Assembly: GCA_002269645.1 (NCBI GenBank)
Contig: NIVC01000507.1
Span: 186,001-250,000, forward strand
Source of the DNA: Macrostomum lignano
Lineage: Eukaryota
Reading direction: 5' to 3'
Length of the DNA stretch: 64,000 bases
Below the pieces are notes generated by a model. It made no database searches. It had not been told where the DNA came from and worked only from the letters and a program-made list of their open reading frames with translations. Both the position numbers and the translations under genes were made by a program. Below, piece by piece: positions 37,201-47,852 of this stretch (its first letter is position 1; every line of letters begins with the position of its first letter).

Positions 37201-39432
37201 GAGGCGCCCAAGAGGAGCGAAACTTAATAACGAAATAAACAGTGGACCAGGGAGGGGGGCGGCGGAGGGCGGAGAGACGGTAGCTTTCCCCACACTGCGC
37301 GAGCGCGCGCAAACTCCCGAAAACCCACGCCCGTTTCCGTCATCAGCCAACTGTAATTTAGCACCACAAGTCGGATGAGGCCGCAGGAAACTGGCTGTAG
37401 CCAGGCAAGGGGGGGGCACTGTTGCTAAAAGGGTGACTAAACACACAACCACTTTACTCGCGCAGGAATGGATACTGGGAGCCCCCTCCTCCTCTAGAAC
37501 GATTTCCGTCAGCAGTCAGCGAGAGGAGAAAAACATGGGGCCAGACCAGCAGGCTCCTTCAAGCTTATTTTAACGTTGAATGGCAGGGGCCAGTTCGTAA
37601 AAGCTATACGCTATTTTCTAGCTTATCGCCTCGTCTTTTTTCCCTCCTAGAAATCAATTTTCCCAGGGTCATGGCTAACATTTGTGGTTTTCTCTCTCTC
37701 TGCCTCTATGACTGGGCACAAAGCTATAACAGTGCAGCAGCTTAGCTTTAGCATTACCAAAACCGCATTCTGCTTTTCATCGCTATCTGATTGCACTATT
37801 TCCAATACGTATTATGGAGCCTGAACACAGATGATTTCCTAGCATCATCAGGCTAGGAAAATAGCACAACCAACACGTAAGATTATCAACAACTATATTC
37901 TTTAAATCTTAAAAACACACCGAACATGTTTCAAGAGCAAATAATAATAGGATGACGATTCTTGAAAATTTCGAAACATCTCTTCAACGCGGCTGAGGCG
38001 GGCGTTTTTCCCGCCCCCGCCCAGCCAGCCAGCATCAAGGATTACGTAACACAACAACTAGCCCGCTTGAAATATCTGGAGCAGAATGCTTTCAAGCGTG
38101 TGTTCTGTGAAATACTCAATGCAAGAGATCATAGCAGCCGCATGCTAAACAACCAATGAACTGCACACGCATTGGCTCAATCTGATAAATCATATTTGAA
38201 TGGCACAACCAACTGTTGTGCAAAATAGCACGAGGCTGGCTATAGGGTGCCACCTCTACTGGACAGGGCTTTGCAGTCGGCGCGCTTCTTCACACAAAAA
38301 ATCAACCCGAAGGATGGATGCTGGAGGCAGGCAGACTGGCTGTAACATAAGCCTTTAGCGATGACGGAGGAGGAGGGTTCGGCTTGGCTCGAGGTGGAAC
38401 AAGCTATGACGGCTTGCAAGTTCCAAGCAACACAACTAAACGCATTGTTGTCACAAATATAGAGGCTAAAGCCTCTATAAGCAAGGAATCCGAGACGAAC
38501 ATCTGATTTCGAGCCAGAAAGGCAAGATGGGTTGGTGGAAAGCTAAAACTGTCTGCGGAAATTCGACCGCCAACTGACTGACTAAGTCAGCATGCACACA
38601 CACACAGAGAGAGCAGCGGCAGCAGTGTTAGGGCAACTGGAAGCTTAACTCCAGCCAGCGAAAAAAACCTATGGCAGCAAGGGGCGGGGCAAATAAGCCA
38701 ACCCGAATCATAGCGCCAGACAGACAGACAGACAGAGAAGGATTTCAACACTGACAAGCAGCCCCAGACCTGCATGGACGTTTTGGCCTTACAATCTTTT
38801 ATCCAGTCTCTCGCTTTCTACCCACTCTACCATTCGATCTTTCTAATTGATCTCCCACTAGTTAGACAAACCGCGAACCAAATTCGTCGCATCGCGACCG
38901 ACAAAAAAGTGCAAAACGTATCAGCTACAGAGAGGGAAAGAATTGATAACTGGGGATAAGCTGGGGAATGATGGTGCATCCAATTAAACATTATTTTAAT
39001 AACACACTACTTGTGACTTCATCTAAAGCTTAGCTTTTCCAAAGATACCCATAAAAAAGCACACATGAATTTTTCTGGTTTCCTAGAAATGAACCTAGCA
39101 ATATAGCCATCGCTTCGCCACTGCCTCACCAGCGAATAGAAATAATGCAATCGCGACAGCGGATGATGCGGCAAACCCGGCGGCGGCGGAAGCGGAAAAG
39201 GGGGCGGCGGCGGTGGCGGCGGCGGCAGATTCTGCTGGGAGCGTGACGGTGCCGGCAACGAATGATGTCGGCCAAAAAACGGCACAGAAGGATTAGAACC
39301 GACAGCGGCAGCCGCCGCAGCTGCAGCGGCTGCAGCAACAGCGGCCGCTGCCGGAGACACAGTCGAGGGGACTGACGATGTTGAAGACGAAGAAGAGTTC
39401 TGCGGACCGAACAACTTTGTGCCGAACAGCAT
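34256..39432 (-). CDS. NFI: Divergent Nuclear Factor I (CTF/NFI, MH1-fold) transcription factor, 5' exons 39432-39130, 36725-36069, 34766-34256
   Basis: Junctions CTG|GTGAGG, ttccag|ATG, ATG|GTAAGC, gacag|GAT, G|GTGAG are phase-consistent. [40 protein letters not shown]..C-x4-CINPRH aligns ungapped with recalled NFI [40 protein letters not shown]. Basic region VR....W......R....K.EK matches the NFI N-terminal basic helix. Confidence 0.88.
34848..35885. repeat. 35-bp intronic minisatellite (GAGTGGAGAATATGGAGAGTGCTGTCTATGGCAGC)n, ~30 copies
   Basis: Direct periodicity, with 33-bp variants. Confidence 0.96.
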
Positions 39433-39919
39433 AACTTTTTGTTGTTGAATTTAAACAGCGCAAAAGATGCTAATGCAAAAACTTCTCAAGATTTAGAATT
39501 CAGCAATTCAGAGATCTTGGGAGACCGGAGCGGTCGGTTGAGAAAAAATGAAAGATGCCGCTCGATCCGCCGGGGTGGTTGGGGAAGATGAGGCGGGGCG
39601 GAGCGGGAAGCTGAGGAGGGGGACAGAGAATTGGGGTAGAAATCTTCTCTGCATCCTGCTCACAGATAATCCGCGTCCAATCCAACCAGGGCTTCATAAT
39701 TCGTTCTCTCTCATTTTTCTTTCTCTAACCCTGATCTCAGTGATTTGCTAGCTCAGCACTGAATGATCATCATTACAGACCAGCTCTGGCGGCTGGTTCC
39801 TCTGTCCTCTCCGAAAAATTGACCAGGTCAGAAAAAAGACTGACAAGTCTCGAATAGACTAACACGGGTCAGGGTTAGCGTTTAACTATAAATGACGCAT
39901 GGGGAAATAGCGAAGATAT

Positions 39920-40900
39920 TGAGGCTCATTGGGGGAATTGTTAAGATGTCAAGAATCATGGGGAAATTCTTAAGAAGTCAAGACTAATGAGGGAATTGCT
40001 AAGATGTCAAGGCTCATGGGTAAATTGCTAAAATTTGAAGGCTTAAGGGGGAATTGCTAAAAGGTCAAGGCTCATGGGGGAATTGCTAAGAGGTCAAGGC
40101 TTATGGGGGAATTGCTAAGAGGTCAAGGCTTATGGGGGAATTGCTAAGAAGTCAAGGCTCATGGGGGAATTGCTAAGAGGTCAAGGCTTATGGGGGAATT
40201 GCTAAGAAGTCAAGGCTCATGGGGGAATTGCTAAGAAGTCAAGGCTCATGTGGGAATTGCTAGGAGGTCAAGGCTTATGGGGGAATTGCTAAGAAGTCAA
40301 GGCTCATGGGTAAATTGCTAAAATTTTAAGGCTTATGGGGGAATTGCTAAAAGGTCAAGGCTCATGGGGGAATTGCTAAGAGGTCAAGGCTTATGGGGGA
40401 ATTGCTAAGAGGTCAAGGCTTATGGGGGAATTGCTAAGAGGTCAAGGCTTATGGGGGAATTGCTAAGAAGTCAAGGCTAATGGGTAAATTGCTAAAATTT
40501 TAAGGCTCATGGGGAATTGCTAAGAAGTCAAGAATCATGGGGGAATTCTTAAGAAGTCAAGACTCATGGGGGAATTGCTTAAATTTTAAGGCTCATGGGG
40601 GAATTGCTAAGATGTCAAGACTCATGAGGGAATTGCTAAGATGGCAAGACTCATGAGGGAATTGCTAAGATGGCAAGACTCATGAGGGAATTGCTAAGAT
40701 GTCAAGACTCATGAGGGAATTGCTAAGATGGCAAGACTCATGAGGGAATTGCTAAGATGTCAAGACTCATGAGGGAATTGCTAAGATGGCAAGACTCATG
40801 AGGGAATTGCTAAGATGGCAAGACTCATGAGGGAATTGCTAAGATGGCAAGACTCATGAGGGAATTGCTAAGAGGCAAGACTCATACAGGGATTTTTGAA
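39920..40900. repeat. 29-bp minisatellite (ATGGGGGAATTGCTAAGAGGTCAAGGCTT)n upstream of the NFI-like ATG
   Basis: ATG recurs at 40074 and 40103; two sequence variants occupy the 5' and 3' parts. Confidence 0.94.
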
Positions 40901-42824
40901 ATGCCGCGGCTCATGGGGGTTGCTCAGATGCTTGGAGCCAAAGCTCATAGCAGGTAATGATATCTTAGGCTAGATAGCTAGCTGTCAGGGCAGCTGCTTT
41001 TTGCTTTAAACATCAGTTTCCTTAATAAAAAATCTAGCAAAACTAGCAAGATTAAAAACTACATATATGAAGAGTGTCCCAAAAGTTCCCAGAATGTTTG
41101 TTCTAGCTCCTCCATATTTTGACCCATTTTTATGCATTTTTGTGTCAAACTAAAGATAATTGTTCAACAAGAAAATGTCATATGAATTTCTTTTCCATCT
41201 GGTTTCAGACTTTCAGTTAAGAGCTACACTAGAAAATGTGAAGGAAAGTCAGCACTAGTGTTACACAACCTTGAATCCCCACCTCATTTAGAATGAGCTG
41301 CTTCTTTATGGCATAGCAACTGTTTCCAATCCAAAAACTACTTAAAAATGAATTGCCATCATTTGTGCAAAAACAAACAGATCAATCTATCCAAATAACC
41401 AATTTCCCAGTCATTGTGCTACATAAAACTCAAGCTACCCAACTAGTCACTTTCAGATTCAAAGGTCAAGATTGTTGGCTAACTTCCCAAAAAAATTAAG
41501 AAGCACTGAAAAAAAGAAATTTTTGTAGTTTGCCTTTTGTATTTATACTGCTTAAAGGTAGCTCAAACTTGGAACTTCAAAATTCAATTTAAAACATCTT
41601 CATTTCTGTAAAATTGTAGCATTGAAAATCTTGTATAAACAGAAATTAGAGAACACTGATTGGAAAAACTAGGAAACAAGGGGTCAGCTGATGACCTTTT
41701 CTACCTAAGGAAATTAAGGGGTTAAGACACCAAAAAATTGAATTAACAACTTCAACTAGTTAGCATTTTAAAGCAACAAATGAAAATTAAGTTACTTTTC
41801 AGACACTTTTATTTCTACTTTAAGTAGTCATTAAAGCACAGTATAAAATATCAACAATAGATATATACATAAAATATCCTATAGCAAAGTTGAATTATTT
41901 CTCATGATTCTTTGAAATTAGAAAAAAAGAATAAACTTTTGATTCAGTTTGGCACTTGACTAGTGCAAAATAATAGCTCATAAGCACTTTTTTGCTCAGA
42001 TTTTTAGTCATTTGTCACTATAGACCTAGGGCACAAAGTTTATAATATTCTCTTTAACTATATTTGCTTAGACTTATTAGCTTTTATATATGCAGTATAA
42101 ATTGTTTAATAGCTATAATTTGAAGTTAACAATTTATTTATTTATTTATGACCTCATTTTAATATCTGGACTTTTTGTTTATGATTCAAGTCAATATATT
42201 GGTTACAATGTATAATTTTATTTTCTGTTAATATGATGTAATAAAGCATATTAGTTTATAGTTTTCTTTAATATTTTATAGTCAAAATAGGAATAAATAG
42301 TTATTAAACAATAAATAGGCTAACTAGATTTGTAACTTTTAACTCAAAGCTATTTTGAAATAATAAAAGAAATAAACAAACAAAATAAACTAAGACAAAA
42401 GTAACTACTTACAAAGTGAATACAAAAAGCACAAAAAATTAATACAAGAAAATTGTTTTCTAACTAAAGAAAAATGTTAAAACAAATGAAGCCAGCAAAT
42501 ATAGCATATGAATAAAAATAACTAATCCAATAATCAACAAACAAAGAAAGAGAAAATATATATTGAGAAAAGTTACACTACTTATTATAATACATTTTGT
42601 AATACAAAGCATAGCACAAAGTTTATCAAAAAGATCTAGGTAACAAATTAACAATTAAATAAAAAAAATAAGTTAATAAATTTTATTTGATGATATAAAT
42701 TATATATATTGATAATATTCCAAAGGTTGGTTTTGCATTTTAATCAAAATTTGGTTGCATAAACAAAGCAATTTTAGAAACTGGGTTACAAAAAATAATA
42801 ACTAATTGATTATACTTGCTCAAA

Positions 42825-43397
42825 TTGGGCCAGATGTGCAACAAACAGCTTAGTTGCAGCTATTGTATGGTATATCTGAAGGCTGCATATAGCTGTTTAC
42901 TCTAAGGACTAGGGGGTTGCCATACACACCCTCAGTTATCCTAGCTAATGCTGGCACCCATTTTACAGCTGGGTGAACTGTACAATGCAGTGCAGAACAA
43001 TGCAGAGTTAAGTCAAGTGTCTTCCTTAAGAACATAAATTGTTCCAATAGAATTGGGAATCAAACCCCTAACATACATGCGCAACAGTTGGCCAAGTTGG
43101 CTGACCAATTTGGCGGCCAACCAAGGAAGTCGCAAAAATGCCCACCCAAAAAAATAGCCAAGTAGTAGTACTAAGTAGCTGATGAGGCATTTTGGCTTAA
43201 TAAGACAGTCATAGTTACTCCTGCTGTTTACCCAAAGTTGCGTTAATTTTGCTTTAGGGTTTTTTACATGTAAGTCACATTTTTGGCCAAAAACTACATC
43301 ACATTTTTGTTAAAACTAAGTCGCATGGCCAACCGAATTTCGGAGGTTGGGCATGTATGACCCCTAACCTTCAAGTTGTAACTCCAATGCTCTAACT
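42825..43397 (-). mobile_element. tRNA-derived CORE-like SINE, CpG-decayed, interrupted by a MITE
   Basis: Tail, CORE-like block (TTAACTCTGCATTG..CAGTTCACCCAGCTGTAAAATGGGTGCC on the minus strand) and head remnants align with the copies at 11.8 and 53.7 kb. Confidence 0.8.
43072..43359. mobile_element. hAT-type MITE (288 bp)
   Basis: TIR CATACATGC(G/C)CAAC (14 bp, 1 mismatch); 8-bp TSD ACCCCTAA at 43064-43071 and 43360-43367. Confidence 0.88.
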
Positions 43398-45471
43398 TAA
43401 GTTGTAGATAATTGTAGACATAGATAAGTTGTAGAAATAAACTAAAAATTAATTATTAAGTTTTAAAAGAAAAAAGTCTAATAGACTATAGTTATTTTAA
43501 GTATAGGTATTAATATCATCAGATGTACTAAAAATGAAAACTTATAATACAAACAGCTAAATTAAATAAGAGTATTTACAATTTAAGAGAATTCCATAAT
43601 CTAGAAGGAATGTGTAAATAAGTTATAAAATCCCTTTTATTAAAAAAGAAAAAGTTTAACTAAAAAATCTAATAAACATTTATATTTTTTCTTTAATAGA
43701 CAAGATAGCCTTTTTATAGATGCTATCTACTAGTTTATAGATTGTGGTTCCATGGTCTAGGAATATCAATATGGAAAGAAAAATAACATGTTTATTATCT
43801 GGTGCACTTTACAAAGGTATTGGTAAAATGTGGTATATTTAAAGTATATAAAAGGTGACCAGCATGCAATTTTATGCATCTGCAGGTTTTTAAAAGCTTT
43901 TAAAGGTTTTTGAATAGTATTTCAACAAGGATCTTATCTAGAGATATTTTATTTTTAGGTTGTATGTTTTATTTCTACTATGTCTATTAGTAGACATAGT
44001 CCAAACTGAAAAGTTGAAAAATCTTAAAAAGATGCAAAAAAATAGGTAGTGCTTATTCCCACAGTACTGTAGAAAAAATCTTATTACTATGCTATGGGAT
44101 TATGCAAATAATTTTCTGCTTAACTGCATGATATAACACAAGCAAGATAGCTATCCTATTGATATATATATATATATCATAGGGATAACTTTCATCTTAT
44201 CTATATAGCACATTGACAAGTTAGCTGCTTTATCTTATATATACATTTGCTTAAAAAGTTATTTTTACATTTATAAAACAAATATTTTTAAAGCAAAGTC
44301 ATATTGTTATACTGCAAATAAACCATAAGTAACAAACTAATGATTCCTTGTTATATCTATAAAAACAGGAATATAAGACTATTTTGTCATAGTAGCATAT
44401 GAATAGGATGTTAATTATTCCTTATAGCTATAGTATCTATAGAAAAATAAGACAACTATCTTGTTAGTATGCTATGCAGATAAGATTGAGGCAATGGCTA
44501 GAGTTTCAGCATTGGAACCAGTTTTCTAAGAGCTATGGATCTAGCAATGCAATTATAATATATATGGAACATTATTATACTTTTCCTTTTATAAGTTGCT
44601 AATATTGAGATTTTGATCTAGATAAGATTCAAAATGATATGATAAGATTCAAAACACAATGCTTTAAATATTCAGACTTCTTATTCCTACATACTAATTA
44701 TACTATACTGAACAAAATTTTAACTTAATATAATGAATGATTTACATTAGTATTTTTAAAAAGAAATATAAAAATGTATATTTGTCACTTGTATTAAAAA
44801 TATAATTATACAAGCAAATATAATAACTATAATCTCTGTACATTTTAAACACTGACATTAGAGGTCAGACAGGATCCCAATCCCGATCCCAAGGAAAATT
44901 ATATTCCTGCGGGACCAGGATCCCAACCCTAAAAAACACAAGAATTGGGAACAGGTCTTTTGATTAAAAGTTTATAGAATTAGTGATTACTTAAATGTAT
45001 TTTGTTTTAACTTGTATCTATTACATCATTACTTTGTTTGTTACAAAACTTTGTATCAATTTTGTTGTGTTTTACTTTTGATCTTGACATTTTTTGCTCA
45101 AATTTGTTTAACTTTATATGGACCTACAAACTACAATACACTAAAAGACCTAATCTTGATTCCCAAATCCTGATCCTGATCTGATCCCAAAAAATTATTC
45201 TCAATCCCAATCCCACGCGAAGATTTCAATCCCATTGGACTCATACATGCCTAACACCCGTCCGACCCGTCCGAACCAGACGGGTGAAATGGCCGCTGGC
45301 CAAGGTAAGTCGCAAAATCGAAAAATTGGGGAAAGAAAGAAAGGAGAGGAAGAGAAAAAGAAAAAAAAGGAGAGAGAAGAGAAAGAGAGAGAAAAGAGGA
45401 GAGAAAAGAGGAGAGAGAAAGAAAAAGCAAAAAAGAGAAAAAGGCAAGAAAAGTCATATACAATTGAAAAT

Positions 45472-45926
45472 TAAGTCGCAATCGAGAGGAACTAAGTCGC
45501 AATTGAGAGGAACTAAGTTGCAATCAAGAGGAACTAAGTCGCAATTGAGAGGAACTAAGTCACAATCGAGAGGAACTAAGTCGCAATCAGGAGGAACTAA
45601 GTCGCAATCAGTCAGGAGGAACGAAGTCGCAATCGAGAGGAACTAAGTCGCAATCGAGAGGAACTTGAAGTCGCAATCGAGAGGAACTAAGTCGCAATCG
45701 AGAGGAACTAAGTCGCAATTGAGAGGAAATAAGTCGCAATCGAGAGGAACTAAGTCACAATCGAGAGGAACTAAGTCGCAATCAGGAGGAACTAAGTCGC
45801 AATCGAGAGGAACTAAGTCGCAATCAAGAGGAACTAAGTCGCAATCAAGAGGAACTAAGTTGCAATCGAGAGGAACTAAGTCGCAATCAGGAGGAACTAA
45901 GTCGTAATCGGGAGGAACTAAGTTGT
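45472..45926. repeat. 21-bp minisatellite (AACTAAGTCGCAATCGAGAGG)n
   Basis: Direct periodicity; SQSRGTK repeats. Confidence 0.94.
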
Positions 45927-46019
45927 CTTGAATTCCATATTCTTAAACATCTCCAAATCCTTTGCAAAGCCTTTTAAATACCATATCTTGTTTTGCCCGT
46001 TTGCAAAAACTGACTTCCA

Positions 46020-46700
46020 TTGTCTAGACTCAGACTCTCATGTCTCCTCTCTGCATTCTTGCCATTACTCTCTTCTCCCTCCTCCTCTCTACCTCTTTAT
46101 TTATCTCTTCTCCCTCGTGTTTGCTCTGTACCCTCTCCTGTGTCCTCTCTTCTCTCTTATCTCTCCCCTCTTCTCTCCTCTCATATCTCATCTCTACTCA
46201 TTTATCTATCGTCTCTCCTATACTCTCTCTCTTCTCTTTTCTCTCTCCTCGCTGCTCTCGTTTATCTTATTTTCTATACCCTCTCCTTTCTTATCTCCTA
46301 TCTTTTTTGCTTCCTTTCTACCATCTTTATCCTATCTTCTCTCTTCTTTTCTCTAATATCTAATCTCTTCTCTTTCTTATTTTTGCACATATCTCTTTTC
46401 TCATTGCATCTCACATCTCTAATCTCTGTACTCTTACCTTTACCCTCTTCTTTCTCTCTTAACTCTCTCATCTCTGACCTTTCATCTCTTTCCTCTCTCC
46501 TCTCTTTTATTTCAGCTGTACTCATACACTCTCATCTCTCTTGTCTCCTGTCTGCTATCTCATCTCTCTCCACTCCCATCTCATTTCTCCTCTTCTCTTC
46601 GATTCTTCTCTCTCCCTCTTCATTCCTGCCTTACTCCCCTCTTCTCTCCCATCTGTCCTCCCTCATATCTACTCTCTTTTCTATTCTTTAACTTTTCTCT
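46020..46700. repeat. CT-rich low-complexity tract (an AG-rich tract also lies at ~45330-45450)
   Basis: Composition read directly. Confidence 0.85.
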
Positions 46701-46717
46701 ATACCCTCTTCTCTGAC

Positions 46718-47350
46718 TCATTTATGTGCCAAATCCATCGAAATCCTCTCCATAAAACTGAAATTTATCAAAAACTCTCCATGAGACTGAACTTCATCAA
46801 AATTCCCTTTTGATAAACTACAAAAATATCTTTCTCTTGGAGGACTCTCACTTCTTTGGCCATCAGTCTTAGTCTCCGAATCTGAGTCCAAATGAATGGC
46901 TGTGTTATAGTTGGATCCATGCTTCAGTACTAGCATCAGTTGATGGTCAAGATTCTATAGCAATAGATTCAGCATGAGCAGTGCGCCATTGTACAAATCC
47001 TGTCTCAAGACTTCTAGTTTCTTCTTTATTTCAAAAACAGCTTCTCCTTTAGCTGACATTACTGGAGAAGAGCTATATGTGTGGGTTGTTGCATCTGTAC
47101 CATGAATCTAATTTTTTGCATTCTGCATAGATAGATCTATATTAGAAGCAACAAGCTCTGGATTTTGCACTGCCATTAACAGTCCCTCTCTGTGTGAGCT
47201 TACTGAGCATTGGAATGGTTGTGCTTCTAGTTCCCTTGAATATGCTGCAGCTGCACCATCACCTAATCCCTGGGCTGCGCTTAAGATTGCTGGTAAATTT
47301 TCTTCTAATATCCAATGCATACTAGAACAATAATTAACTTCTCCAGTGAG
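46718..47350 (-). pseudogene. Decayed coding fragment of unknown identity
   Basis: ORFs 47108-47320 and 46718-46936 share one frame; ~210 codons with only two internal TAG stops in AT-rich DNA; no motif recognised. Confidence 0.35.
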
Positions 47351-47697
47351 TTACACAACCAAGTTTCCATTGTGTAAATAGCAATGGCTTTCGCTCTTCA
47401 GCTGCAGAAAGGGGGAGCTGGTTTATGGAATAGTCTTCATGGCCTTTTTCATCCCACTCACGTGCAGGATTCAGTATATAATCAGGTGCAGGTCTATCTT
47501 TAAGTGAAGTATATAATACTCAATGAATGACATGAGTGCACGAGTACAAATTTGCACAAGTATAAATACAAAGTGCATAAGTATATATATATACAAGTTA
47601 GTTTGCCAGACATATACAGTAATAGTACAGTATGTAGAGTGTAGCTTACAGGGTATAGGCTACAGTTCAGTTTAGTACTGCAGTCTGCAACATACAT

Positions 47698-47852
47698 GTG
47701 CAACCTTGGGGAATCACCCAGCAATTTCTATTGGCAACACACATATAAGTCACTATTGGACAGAATAGTAGTCACATGACTGCTCTCAGCCAATAGCGAT
47801 TTACATATATGTGTTGCCAATAGAAACAGCCAGGTGAATCCCAAGGTTGCAC
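47698..47852. mobile_element. Small palindromic MITE-like hairpin (~155 bp)
   Basis: GTGCAACCTTGGG..CACC / GGTG..CCCAAGGTTGCAC ends plus an inner inverted block TTTCTATTGGCAACAC / GTGTTGCCAATAGAAA; no TSD seen. Confidence 0.6.

Noticed and set aside
14000-39000. Autoregulatory NFI sites (TTGGC-N5-GCCAA) in the locus
   Set aside because: I saw only half-sites and loose TGG-N7-CCA matches by eye, no more than expected by chance.
41060-41100. Tc1/mariner-like end (GAGTGTCCCAAAAGT)
   Set aside because: No matching inverted end or TA TSD could be found in the decayed sequence.
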